Of a stretch of DNA of 64,000 nucleotides, positions 48,629-61,969 are shown piece after piece. Position 1 is the stretch's first letter. Every line of letters begins with the position of its first letter. Under the pieces are notes generated by a model. That model worked only from the letters and a program-made list of their open reading frames with translations. It had not been told where the DNA came from and did no database searches. Made by a program: the position numbers and the translations under genes. Location: contig NIVC01000010.1 in NCBI GenBank assembly GCA_002269645.1, positions 1,054,001 to 1,118,000 of the forward strand, in the 5' to 3' direction. The DNA is from Macrostomum lignano. Lineage: Eukaryota.

Positions 48629-51468
48629 ATGCGCCAGCTCAGCCTGTTAGCCAGAGTTGGAATTCGCTGCCTCCACCAGTCGGCTGTGAGCCGATTGGCC
48701 GCCCCGCCGGCAGCTAAAAAAGTTTTCAAGCGGGACAAGCCGCACATGAACATCGGCACTATTGGCCACGTTGATCACGGCAAGACCACTCTGACCGCCG
48801 CTATTACTAAGATCCTCTCGTCTGATAAGACGGCCACGTTTAAAGCTTACGATCAGATTGACTCGGCGCCAGAGGAGAAGAAACGCGGCATCACTATCAA
48901 TGCAGCTGTGGTGGACTATAGCACCAAAAATAGGCACTATGCTCACGTTGATTGTCCGGGCCACGCTGATTATATTAAGAATATGATTACTGGTTTGTTA
49001 TTCTTTTATATACTGTGCCTATTTTTGCTATTTCACAATCCTCACAATCACCTCATCTACAAATCCTCAGGTTGGGATTAGAGTGAAGTCACCCAGATCC
49101 CCAGTTGCTGGGAACCCAGGCTCACAGATCCCCAGTTGCCGGGCACCCAGCCTCACAGATCCCCAGTTGCTGGGCACCCAGCCTCACAGATCCCCAGTTG
49201 CTGGGCACCCAGCCTCACAGATCCCCAGTTACTGGGCACCCAGCCTCACAGATCCCCAGTTGCTGGGCACCCAGCCTCACAGATCCCCAGTTACCGGGCA
49301 CCCAGCCTCACAGATCCCCAGTTTCTCTGTCGCCATCCTCTCAGGCGCGCAATACTCGAATGCGAACCCTCACTGCTAACTGAACTGCAGGCTCGAACCA
49401 GATGGAAGCGGCCGTGCTAGTTGTGGCGGCCACCGATGGCACAATGCCTCAGACCAAGGAGCACTTGCTCTTAGCCAAACAGATCGGCATCCAGAATCTT
49501 GTTGTCTTCATCAACAAAGCCGACGCCGCTGACAGCGAGATGCTCGAACTAGTCGAACTGGAGATCCGAGACGTGCTGAAGTCCTACGGCTTCGATGGCG
49601 ACAACATCCCCGTGATTGCCGGGTCCGCCCTCTGCGCCCTGGAAGGCCGGGAGTCGGCTATTGGCGAGTCAAAGATCCGCGAACTGCTTGATAAGATCGA
49701 CTCCGTGCCGCTGCCTCCGAGGGATTTAGACAAGCCGTTTTACCTGCCTATCGAACAGGTGAGCTGTTTGTTGACCATCGGACACTTCATTGATGGCAAC
49801 CCACTAAAGAAGGTTGCAGCCTTGCAGGTAGATGGCAACCCACTAAAGAAGGTTGCAGCCTTGCAGGTAGATGGCAACCCACTAAAAAAGGTTGCAGCCT
49901 TTCAGGTAGATGGCAACCCACTAAAGAAGGTTGCAGCCTTGCAGGTAGATGGCAACCCACTAAAGAAGGTTGCAGCCTTGCAGGTAGATGGCAACCCACT
50001 AAAGAAGGTTGCAGCCTTGCATGTAGATGGCAACCCACTAAAGAAGGTTACAGGTAGATGGCAATCCACTTCAAAGTTTGCAGGTAGATGGCAACCCACT
50101 TCAAAGGTTGCAGGTAAATGGCAATCCACTTCAAAGGTTGCAGGTAGATAACAACCCACTTCAAAGGTTGCAGGTAGATGGCAATCCACTTCAAAGGTTG
50201 CAGGTAAATAGCTACTCATTTTAGGAGGCTGCAGGTAGATGGTAACCCACTTTTAGGAGGTTGCAGATAGATGGTAACCCACTTCAAAGGTTGCAGGTAG
50301 ATAGCTAGCTACCCGCTTTAGGAGGGTTGCAGGTAGATGGCAACCCGCTGAAGGAGCAACCCACTTAGGAGGTTGCACGTAGATGGCGACCCACTTTAAA
50401 AGGTTGCAGTTAGGTAACAACCTACTTAAAGAGGCTGTGGGTACATGTAGATAGCAAACCTACTTAAAGAAGCTTTCATTATTCATTTTCAAAAAAGTTG
50501 ACTCTTGTGCACCTTTTGTCTCACTGTTTATTCAACCTATAGGTGCACCAAATCACTGGCCGAGGTTGCGTAGCCACTGGCCGAGTTGAACGGGGCATCT
50601 GCAAGCCGCAGGATGCGGTAGAAATTATTGGCTACAATCGGTTCGTTAAGTCCACCGTGACTGGCGTTGAAATGTTCAGGCAGCTGTTGGACAAGGCGGA
50701 ACCTGGTGATCAGGTTTGTGCCTTTTTATTGTTCCAACTGAGATACCCGGGTAGTGCGTGGATAAAAAAGCTGCTGCAGGCTAAAGGAGAGGAGAGAGGA
50801 GTGGGAATAGAGAGGAGCGGAAAGGAGAGAAGAGGAAAGAAAAGAAGAGAAGAGAAGCGGAGATCACAGAGAAAAGAAGAGAAGAGAGAAGAGGAGATTA
50901 GAGAAAAGAACTGAGAAGAGACACGCAAGCCTTGAGCGGGCCGGATTGCTATTGTGAAGTTTCAAAGGACCCGAGGGCTGGATAAAGAGGCTTTTCGGGC
51001 TCTTTGCCGACCCCTGAGCTGATATCTCAATGCTAAGATACCTGCTATTAACAATAATGAATTCGACCCAATGCTTCAAAGGTCGGAGTCCTACTACGCG
51101 GAGTTAAACGCGACGATATCCGGCGCGGCATGGTGATCTCGGCGCCTAAATCGGTCACCCAGCACAATCGCGCCAAAGTGAAGCTGTACATGCTAAGCAA
51201 AGACGAAGGCGGCCGCGACAAGCCGCTGATGCCCGGCTCGCAGATCCATGTGTACAGTAAGACATTCGACTGTCCCTGTCTTATTGGCATGGAGGGCAAT
51301 CGGGAGATGCTGATGCCTGGCGAAGATGCGCCAGCCGTGCTCGACATGCACAAGCGCATGGTGATTGAGCCGGGCCAGCGGTTCACTATACGGAGCGGCG
51401 GTAGCACTTCTGGCTATGGCGTTGTTGTGGAAGCCCTGCCGGACTCGGACGGATCCAAGTGGAAGTGA
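48629..51468 (+). CDS. TUFM: Mitochondrial elongation factor Tu, 4 exons, 429 aa
   Basis: join(48629-48992, 49391-49758, 50543-50713, 51082-51468), 1290 nt. Arg-rich presequence, [52 protein letters not shown]. Confidence 0.95.
49085..49325. repeat. 31-bp minisatellite CACAGATCCCCAGTTGCTGGGCACCCAGCCT in TUFM intron 1
   Basis: ~7 tandem copies. Confidence 0.93.
49790..50410. repeat. 39-bp then ~30-bp related minisatellite (GCAGGTAGATGGCAACCCACT..AAGGTT) in TUFM intron 2
   Basis: Tandem copies decaying toward the 3' end. Confidence 0.92.
50750..51016 (+). mobile_element. hAT-type (MER58-like) MITE fragment with a purine-rich interior, TUFM intron 3
   Basis: Ends TTTGCCGACCCCTG; core GATTGCTATTGTGAAGTT(T)CAAAGGACCC shared with 56875 and 57679. 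Confidence 0.65.
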
Positions 51469-54400
51469 GGAATCGGTGAATGCTAAGTAAACTAATATAT
51501 GAGCCCCAGAATGCAAGTCGGTGAAGATTAGTTCAATTATTAATAGACTCTGATTTGATAAGCATCATTTCGGCATTTGATGGCTCATTTGTTTGTGTGT
51601 TTTTATTTTAACTATCGTTGTTATTGTTTCTAAACTATTAAGGGATACTTTATGTTCGAACAGCTCTGTCTAATCCCTTTTGCTGAAAATTGAAGGTTTT
51701 TTCAAATTAAATCATCTACTTGGGCTTGGTTGAATCCGCAGGTACTAAAATAACTAGATGAGCCACTCAGGCATTGTATACTTAGTAAAACAGCTTTCTA
51801 CTTTCAGTTCAGTAGCAATGAAGAATATACAAGGTAATTTTATAAAAATAAAGGCAGCTGAAATGGCTTTGATAAGTTTAGAAGCCCACAAGCTTGCAGG
51901 CGCAAACAACTTGCTAATTGGTTCAGCAATGATGTACATTGGCCAGTCCACTGAAATGTACATGGCAGCTCTAGACTGGAATTCCGAGAAAGGCAATAAA
52001 ATTGGGTCGGGGCGGGGGTATTGTGGAAAGGAGGAGGAGCGGTTGGAGGGTTTAAGCTAGGGGGGGGGGGGTAAGAGCCAATAAGTGAGCCTTGGCTTTA
52101 AAAAAGCATTAAAATGCTTTGTCTAACATGCTACTAAACTGAAAGTAGCTTACACGCAAATGTGCTGAGTGGCCCATCTAGCTGATATCTGTGGTTGAAT
52201 CTTGAAAATCTATTGTAGCTGTGAATTTATTAGTTGCCGTTTATTTTTCTCTTATTATGCAAATCACTTGCTACTGTTAGCAGTATATAATACAAAGTAG
52301 GAAAATATTGGCAGTTAATTTTTCAGCTTGTAGTAAGGCAATAATGTTATTGTTTTTTTTCGTCAAGTGTTACGAATACTCTGTTACGGATACTGAAGCG
52401 AATTGTATTAAAAAAGTGACTTGGGTTGCTTGAGGTCGGCCCTCTCAATATGCCACTTTTGCGCTTCAATTGAAAGAAATATAAAATCCGAAAAATCGAT
52501 TTCACTGGTAGTTTTTTTACAAACTTTTGAAATAATGGCACTGAAATCTGATTGTAACGGCTTGCTTTGTTATATCATGCTTAATTAATTTTATGAAAAA
52601 ATATCTATTGCGTTATATTGTACAGCTATTGCTATCGTGCGGACGTAGACTCAGTTGGTAAATATTCAATTTTGAGAGGTAACTGCGTGATCTCCAGGTT
52701 GAGTTTGTGGTTGCGTGTCCTACATGAATTCATATATTCAATTCCAATTCATTCACTTAAATGAATGATAATCACTTCAAAAATGAATGTACAAGTGTGC
52801 ACATTTCAGTTTTTCACTGTTAATAAAATAAAATAATGTATATAAATTTTTGCACATGTAGGATCGAACAGTGTACTGTGCATGAATGGCATTCTATAAC
52901 CGAATATGTACGTATATTGCAAGAGATAAGGGCTATTGGTTTTCCAAAACTGTTGAAGCTGTTTTAAATTGCATTTAAAAGAAATATGCTATGAAACAAA
53001 TGCATCTGCATGTGAAGTAACAAATTCTAGCTTAGGTTAATTTGAGGACCAGAATTTGTTCAGGTTATTTGAACAGGATAAACATCTCGATCATTTGGAT
53101 CAGTTCAATTCGTAAAGTTCATACTATCATTCCTTTCATTCTGCTAGTTTAATCATCATTTAGTTGAATGCAAATGAACGCATAAACGGCTTTGAAGTAT
53201 ATCCAAATCTTCTTAGATTCAAGTACTTTCAAGAATAATTTTTGAACAAACACTCGCTTGTCAGAGTATCATACTTCAAAATCAAGGTAAGCGTTTGGAA
53301 TCACCTCTTTGCTGGTGTTACTATATGTAAAATCAATATAAACTTGAACAAGGGAAAAATAACGAGAGCTAAAGGTCGTGTTTTCGACTTTTTGCAAAAC
53401 CTAGCACGATTTCAAAAACATTATTTTTTTGCAATTTATGTTTTGCAACTTAAATCGCATTTTGGATGAACCGTTTTTTGCATCAAAGCCATACGGTACC
53501 TGTTTTTATAACTCCCTACTTAATTACTTTTCGTTCTGTTGTTAGTCCGTAAAGTTCGCCCGTAAAAACCGCAAAAAATCCTATACGCTCTTTCAAATAC
53601 CATATTTAATACAAATTTGTTATTATCTAATTAATGCCTATATAATTTTTTATTACCTACGGGTTCAACTGATTTGCTCAATATCACTAACTACTAACTA
53701 CATACATCAATTTCACACAATAGTTGTCTTTTTAAATTCCTTACTTTTTCTTCGTTAGTCGTTAAAGCTCGTTCAAAGTTTCGTAAATAACATTTAGGCG
53801 CTCTTTCAAATATCATATTATTACAAAAAAACACGAACTCGTACCATCGATCGTACTTACGTACTAATGCATTAAATAAATTGTCTTCTTGAATTTCTTG
53901 AAATTTCTTGAACTCTTGAATTTTTTTAAGTACACTGAAATATATTGAACAAACAGGCTTCTTGCCTGAGCCAAACTTACTACTACTACTTCTAGATAAT
54001 CTAGCCCTAGTCCTAGTACTAATAGCAATAGGTCTAGCCTAATTATAGCCATGCTAAGGCTTAGCTAGGGCTAGGCTAGGGGTAGATGAGATGAGCAGGG
54101 TTTTTTTAAGGTTGAAAATCCAGTTGCCAGCTGGCCCTTGCGCTCAAAATCCAGTTGCCAATGGCTATTTTCGGTTGCCCATTGGCAACTAGGGGCCTAG
54201 CAAAGCCAAATTCTCGAGGATGAATATTTCCAAGGCTCATTAAACATGTATGCACTATATAATTGCAGGGAATGAGACTGCCTAGGACTTGTTATTGACA
54301 TTGTCAATTTTTGTAACGTAGGCCGGGTAGGCCCTATTTAATTTAAGCCAGTTATTTAAGCCAGTAAGCCAGCTAAAAACAAATTCATCAATCATAATTT

Positions 54401-56874
54401 AAACTTAACTTAACACTAAATTTTGAGTAGCATATATGTTTGTTATACTAGGGCAATTCCATCTAACAATTCCATCATATCATATCAATTCATATGGCCC
54501 TTTTTTACACTTAAAAAACAATTTTTTGAATTTGGCAATTGGCACGGATAAAATGAAGTTGCCACTTGCCAGTGAAGTGATACATTTTGGCTCTAGAAAG
54601 TTCCCATTCAGATTGAATGTATGTTAACCAATGAATGCGCTCCAAATAGCAAAAGCTGAGGACACAACCCCAACCTCAACCAATGAAAAACAGTTATGTA
54701 TTATCCAATGTGATCAAGACTGAAAAGTACTATAAAAGCTCATGTTAACCAAGTAAGAAGCTCGCGCCTCCCTGGCCCTTTCTCTCTTCCGCCTCTCTTT
54801 TGCCCTCCTCCTAGCTTACCTCCTTTGACTACTTTTGATTGACACTGCTAGGGTCTCAACCCAAACACTAAAACTGATAAATTGACTCACTAAAACTAAA
54901 ACAACAACCAAGTTCCAACCCACGTTCCACAATAGACAAAACCTTCAGTTCACCCAAACACTTAGAAACCCTTTGGAACTCGAACAAAATGAGCTTCTTA
55001 TTTGGAATTCCATCTTAGGCATTATATTTGTAAGATAACATCTCGAGATTATGACCATCAAATACAACGATCTATAAGTTACCATCAAGTATTTGCATCA
55101 TCAGGAAAAGTCAGTTGAATCTGCCGCCTCAGTTATTTGGCTTTCACATTGATATTTGAAATAGACATAGAGCCATAGAAGTGAGAGACCAGAAGAAGAA
55201 CAATAACCTATAATTTTAAAATATTTCACCAGATAAGCCTTTGATGCCTAAAATCTATTGTTAATAAGATTTTCAAGGGGCCAAAAAACCCAATAGACAA
55301 GTCTAGGCCTACCTTGATAGGGGCAGTGGGGGTGTTACACTGCTTTGCTTTATAGATTGAGTTTGGCTTTGGCTCTAGTTTTGCTCAATGACTTAGGGCC
55401 CAGGCTATTTATACTAGACCTATAATTAACTAGGCCTAGTAAAATAGGCCTATAAGTAGGGTATTATAATTATTATTGTTTAAAACAGTTAAATTGTCTT
55501 TAAGCCTATGGCAGACTTTAGTCTAGCATAGTTAAGGCTACATTAGGCCATTAGGCCTAGCTAGTATTAGGACCAATTGCAATTAGGTTAAATATATAAT
55601 AGGCTAGGTAGGCCATAGGCCTATTATTAATATTTTAAATTATGACTCATTATATTATTCTTGCCTAGACAATGGACATAATAATGTTAATTGATAATAA
55701 TGATGTTAATTAATTAGTCTAATTGATAATAATGATATTAATTAATTAGTCTTTGATTTGGATGCTTAATAAATAGGGCTTGTGGTCAATTTTTTTCAAA
55801 TAAATAGGCCTAATAAATAGGCCCTTACCCTAGCTAGCCCTAAGCCTATGCTTATATATAAGATCTATTTAGTTAATATTTTTCTAAGGCATCCAGTAAA
55901 TAAAATATTAAAATGCAAAATCTGCAGTGGAATAATAAAACGTGGAATAAGCAATGGAATCCATTAGGCCCCCCTAAATTTCTTACTTCCTAAGCTTTCA
56001 AAATTTTACCAAACTACTAAAAAATTATGATAATTTTTAAATACCCATCAGCTATATTATTCACAAAAGAACCTATATTATTACTTTGAGTAGGTCCAAT
56101 AGATATTGCTATTTCTAGTTCAGTTTGCCTTAATATAGAATCATACTAAAAATTTTTATAACTTTTATATAGTTACAGTGCTATAGGCAAAGCTATATAT
56201 ATTGAAAAATAACATAATTTTTTATTCCTATATTTTACATTTTATTTCAAGTTAGTTGATTCTGCAATTGATTCTACATTTTACTATTCCACTGTGGATT
56301 CCGCATTTTACTGTTCTATTTAATTCTAATTCTACTGTGGATTCCGCATTTTACTAGGTACCTTATTCTAGGCTTTTTTCTAATGTGCCCTAGCCCTAGG
56401 AGCCAAGTAAGACATATCATATAAAAATGCATAAATATATTATATTATATTATAATTAAGCTATAAAAGATTAAAATGTTATATGACACTAAGTGCAAAT
56501 TATGCTTTTTTGTATGCTATTATAAGATACTTTATCTTTATCTTTATGGGTCATAAGATTTTGACTTGATCTTAATCTCAATCATCAAGATCTTGATACT
56601 TTTCTCAATCTTGATTTTGGTTTTGAGATCTTGAAAAAAGTCAAGATTTGTAACTATGTGACTATTGGTAACTATAATAATATATTTATATTAGATATAC
56701 AGTATATTAAGTTACTTGGCCTAACAAGCTCAATATTATATAATAATTGTTTTTCTTTTTTATTATCATTGTGCATATTAAACAAATTGGAGAGGTTGCA
56801 CATGTACAAGCATATGAGTAAATGACCTGCACCACCATGAGCATATATATTATATATTATAAGTGTTTAGATGA

Positions 56875-57261
56875 GGGTTGGCAAGCTTTTTACCTCAAGG
56901 GTCAGATGGAGAATATAGTGCATGCCTGCGAACCAGAGGAGAGAGAGCAGAGGGAATAGAGAAGAGAAGACAGGAGAGAGAAAAGGTGGGAGAAGGGAGA
57001 AGGGACAGGAGAGATTAGAGAGGAGAGATGAAAATTGAGAAGAGAGAAGGGAGAGGAGAGAAAGGAGATGAGAGAAGTCGGGAATGAAGAGAGGGGAGAG
57101 AAGAGAAAGGAGAGAAGAGAAGAGAGAGGAGATTAGAGAGCTGATAGCTAAGCTGAGAAGAGACAAACTTTGAGCGAGCCAGATTGCTATTGTGAAGTTC
57201 AAAGGACCCAATAGTTGAATAGAGAGGCTTGGCCCATGGGCTAAAGTTTGCCAACCCCTGG
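56875..57261 (+). mobile_element. hAT-type (MER58-like) MITE upstream of Elongin A
   Basis: Inverted termini GAGGGTTGGCAAGCTTT and AAAGTTTGCCAACCCCTG; AAGGGTCAGATGGAGA subterminus; GA-rich interior. Confidence 0.75.
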
Positions 57262-57402
57262 TTTAAACAAAGGGGCTAGTCTTTGTTGCAGGAAAGCTTT
57301 TATAAGAAATCCAACATTTGTACTGATTGATAATTTTGAAGCGTTTGTCAATCAGAAATTTTTAAATAGTTATGTTTTTTTTCAGAAACATCTCTAAGTG
57401 AA

Positions 57403-59772
57403 ATGGCATCGGGAGACACTGGGTCCTCCGATGTGGAACTCGTTTATTTTAAACGATGCACCGACAAGCTCATGTCAGCATCTACCTCAGCTGCAAAGGT
57501 AAGTCCTGTCTTTTTACTGGGTAGTATTAAACTGGGTTTCAAATGCATAGCATAACATTGCACTCCTAGCTAGTGTCTTGCCGAACTGCTTTTTTGTGGT
57601 GCAAAACAGGTATTAATTTAGAATTTGCAAAGGCCATAACTCTAGCGTCTAGCGTAAATTAATAAGCTTAGTCCAGTCCAGTGTCTCCTCCAACCCCCTG
57701 GCCCGCGGGCCACATTCGGCCGCAAAGCCTCGCCTCTATCCGGCCCTCGGGTCCTTCGAAACTTCACAAAAGCAATCCGGGGCGCTCAAGGTTTGTGTCC
57801 TCTCTATTCTCCTATTCTCCTCTTTCCTTTCTCTCCTCTCCCTTCTCTCGTCTCATTCTCTTCTCTCTTCTCTCCTCTTCTTTTCTCTATCCCCCTCTCT
57901 TCTCTCCTATACCCCCTTTCCTTCTTTTTTCTTTCTTCTTTTTTTGCTAGGCTCTCCATCTGGCCCTTGAGATAAAATTTTGCCAACGCTTGAGCTTGGA
58001 CAATCTAAAATATTTTAAAAAATATTGACTCAAATAATCCGACCAAACCTTTCCAAATTGCCAAAATGAAACTTAAAACATTAAATCAGCATCGAAATCA
58101 ATCCCTTCAGAAGCTGGATTTGCTCAGGCGCCTACGCCAGGTCAAGGTGAACATGCAGGTGCTAGCCAGCAGTGGCATTGGCAAAGCTGTCAACGCTTGT
58201 CGCGACGGCTCGCGCAGCGAACTTGACACGGTTGCCACCGAGCTTGTTAACAATTGGAAACGAATTGTTGACTCGGCCTTGACTCAACGACCGGAATTGC
58301 TCAGCCAGCCCTTGCCAGCTGTAGCCGAGGTGACTTCCACAGCTAAACAAAAATCCAGTCCTAGCTTTAGTACCGAACCAATTTCTACAGATACGAATTC
58401 GAAGATTGGCAATTCTTCTAATTCTTTTATTGCTTCCAATTCGGATTCTAAGAAATCAAGTAGCGTTTCTAAGAAATCAAGCGACGATTCTAAGAAACCG
58501 AATGGCGATTCTAAGAAATCTGTCAACGAGTCCATAAAGCAAGAACTAAGCCACTCGGCTTCTTCTGCTAACCAATCAAGCAGTTGTCTTGAGTCAAAGA
58601 AGAAGCCCAGTGAGTTGGACAAGTCCGAACAATCTTCAGGTAAAATTGCTGCTAGGCCGGGCGTGTCTTTCAGTTTGCCACCGCCTGTTCCTCCCGCTAC
58701 TACGGAAGATTCGACTCGCTCGAGTTCATCTTGTAAGGCCAAGAAGAAGAAGAAAAAGAACAGACCAGAATCCAGTTTAGGCGAATTCGATAATACGACA
58801 GGATTAACATTCGGCGACTGCCTAGAGCTGGCCGCCTCGAAGCGACCAGACAAGAAAAAGAAGAAAAAGAAGCAGAAAGCTGAGGCATTGCCTCAACTGC
58901 CGTCAGAATTGGACTTGGGAATTAGCGAAGACCCAGCAATAGCTGCCAAATCGGCAGCTTCATTGAAGCAAAACTCAACAACAGAGGACAATAATGACGG
59001 ATTGGCTATTCCGTTGAAATTTCACACTCGAACAGCTGTTTACTCGGGCAGATCGCGTAGCGTGTACGACACTGTGCCGACTCTGAAACAGGTCTGTCTT
59101 GATTATCTTGCCGCTCACTTGGACTGGCTGGGTGCCATGGGGCCAGGCGTGCCCTATCACGTGATCAAGCCTGTCTTAGCCAAATGCAACGTGGAGCAAC
59201 TGGAACGCCTAGAAGGTCACAATCCTCATTTAATTGGAGACGATGACGAACTGTGGCAGTTGCACTTCATGCGCGATTTCCCCGATGTCCAATTAATCGA
59301 GGATGACGGCGCCAGCTCCAACTCGGCGCCGTGGCGCCGGCGCTATATAAAATCGAGGCGCAAACAGCAGGCAAAGCTGCAAAGCATAACGGAACGATTA
59401 GCTAATACCCAGGCTCAGGCGCGCAGTCAGCAGCGTAAAACTATGTTCACGCTAATTGACAAGCCGCCGCAGCGCAAGCGAAATCGGCATCGCGACGATT
59501 CGGAGGCGCCTTCGTTGAAATTTTCCAATTCAAGCAAAACCGCGCGTAGTTCAGCAAATCCTGAGCGTGCTCAGCTAGTTGAGCAGTTGTCTCAGCACAT
59601 ATTGCCAACCGCTTCGGCGCCAATGTCGGTGCACAGCGGCGAAGGCGGCGGCAAGTCCTCGGGTGCGTCAACCTCTGGCGGGGCTCGGGGTTCTACTAAA
59701 TCCGCTCCGCTGATGAGCAAGACGCTGAAACAAGTGAAACGACTCAAAGCTAGCGGTTATTATCGGGTGTGA
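57403..59772 (+). CDS. ELOA: Elongin A (transcription elongation factor B polypeptide 3), 2 coding exons, 585 aa
   Basis: join(57403-57498, 58111-59772), AAG|GTAAGT donor and TTCAG acceptor, phase 0. TFIIS-N domain (LASSGIGKAVN..LVNNWK), RTAVYSG, BC box VPTLKQVCLDYL, VPYHVIKPVL..C..EQLERLE..NP..DDDELW, WRRRY, C-terminal APLMSKTLK. Confidence 0.93.
57679..57992 (-). mobile_element. Third copy of the MER58-like MITE, inverted, in the ELOA intron
   Basis: GGCCCGCGGGCC signature; reverse complement of the shared core and CT-rich tract; ends TTTGCCAACGCTTG. Confidence 0.7.
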
Positions 59773-59783
59773 AAAATCGATAA

Positions 59784-59789
59784 AATAAA
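59784..59789 (+). terminator. Polyadenylation signal of ELOA
   Basis: AATAAA (overlapping pair) about 12 nt after the stop codon. Confidence 0.55.
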
Positions 59790-59873
59790 TAAATGAAATG
59801 TCGCTTGCTAATTCAATACTGATTTTTAGTCATCAGTGCTACACGTGGGTTATATAATTTAGTTATGAACATA

Positions 59874-60717
59874 CCAAGGACCACTAGAAAGGGAAGGACG
59901 GGACACTTCGTTTCTTGGAAAATTTATTGAAGGCTGATGTTCACGGAAAATGCACTAGCGAGATAGCAACTTTTCACTTTTTTCATTTTAAATTGGTGAT
60001 AGCTTTTTATTGAAAGCAGATACAAAGCTCTTCTTTTGATATAACTTACAAAACATGTTGCTTCGACGGATTTTATAAAGATTTCTTCATGAATAATTGA
60101 TCTACATATTATTTTAGTTACTAGCTATATCATGCAGCAATTATAGTCTAAAGCTAACTAGTGACTAACTTGAATTTTACAATATCTGTTTAATCGAATG
60201 CATCTATCTATTAGCAATATATCATTAAAAAACACTGATTAAGAAATATAGAATAGCTAGCCAAATTAAAGATAATAGCTATATTAATATAATAAAAGCC
60301 TAAGTTTAAAAATAAAAGGGAACAAGCTTGGTTAAAATCATTTGCTTGGATTCATACATTTATTTAATATAAAATTTTGTCAATTCTTAGTAAAATAGAT
60401 CCTGTCTTGATAAACATGTAACTAGGTCTAGGCAAAGCTAGTATTGCTAAGGTAGCTACATATTTAAATACTTATTTTATATAAAAAGTAAAAAACTAAA
60501 ATGAATAAACAATGAATTATAGCCAACTGTTTTTTAATGATATATTGCTAATAATTAGATGAATTCGATTAAACAGATATTGTAAAATTCTAAGTTATAA
60601 ATTGTAAGTTATATCAAAAGAAGAGCCGTGAACCATGAACATTTCCGTGAACATCAGCCTTTAATAAATTTTCCAAGAAACGAAGTGTCCCGTCCTTCTT
60701 CTTCTAGTGGTCCTTGG
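59874..60717. mobile_element. 844-bp foldback MITE with long TIRs and a 6-bp TSD (AACATA)
   Basis: CCAAGGACCACTAGAA..GAAGGACGGGACACTTCGTTTCTTGGAAAATTTATT..GGCTGATGTTCACGGAAA mirrored at 60641-60717; further internal mirrored blocks; AACATA at 59868-59873 and 60718-60723. Confidence 0.9.
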
Positions 60718-61969
60718 AACATACATGCGCAACCCCCTGGATTTACACCGGCCGTGTGACTTGCTGCTTTTTGACCAAAAATGCGACTTACCTACGAAAG
60801 CAACCTAAGCAAAATTAACGTAATTTTAGGCAGACGGCTAGAGTAACTATGACCATATTGTTAAGGCTAAATGCCTCGTCATCTAATTAGTAGTACGTTT
60901 GGTTTTCGAGTGTGCATTTTTGCGACTTACCTGGGTGTTGCGCATGTATGGTTATGAATTTCGACGAGTACTGCTTGCAGTGGTAGGGCTTATCAAAGTT
61001 ATTAATTTTACTGGATTTTGTATAATTTAACAACTTTAAACTTTCATGCCGTTGATTCATTTTAAAAAGTCTATTCTTGTACAAAAATGTGATTTTTTAT
61101 TTTTGTCATCGATCCATTTTTTTTCCTATATTGAGTTTTTATTATTCGCAACTGGGTAAAGCTGTCATATGAAATGTCATAGTTCCATGCGTGTCTTCTG
61201 TGCTTTTAGTGTTGACAAGAGAGCATCGCTATTCATTTTGGTAGCAATCTAGCATTGCTAGATTGGGGCGCTAAATGCCTTCTACCATCTGACACAAACA
61301 GGATTTCGTTTTTTATCCACTCTTAAATCACATTTCCTAACCACATCGCTATCCTGCTATTTAAAATTGTTTTTTTGTCATTGAATTTATTTTATTATAA
61401 GCTTCTTAAGTTTATTTTGAGTCAGTTATAGTATTTCTGTAGTAAACTGTGAAATTATGACACTATATTATTTATAGCTTATACTACTTGCTAGTAGTTT
61501 TCTAAAACTATCTTTTTGCTACACTGTACAATTTCATATGGTTTAATTTTTTTCCATAAGTTTTGCACCTCTCAACGCGGTGTTGGTGTTGCTATCTGTG
61601 TCAATGCCTTCCCTACACCAGCTTGCTTAAGTCTTTCCTGCTGTGCGCTTCTGCTTCAAGATAAAAAATAGCACAGTAATATGTTCTGAACATCGGTTAC
61701 TGCCTACGTCTGATATTGGTTCTACATTGCATTGGTCCTATCATACCCGACTTTTAGTTGTTTTTGCTTCATAATTGTGTTTAATTGTGTTAACTCTTTT
61801 ATAAGTTCTGAAAAAAGAAATAAAAATTAGTAATATGTATGTGAGTGCCACCTGCAATCCAATACTATTTAACCGGTTTTCAAATCCAATAGTTACTCAA
61901 ATTTGATTATTTTTGTAAATAATTTTCCTTTTTTGTAGATTACGACACTGTTGTAGGCTCTCAAAGATA

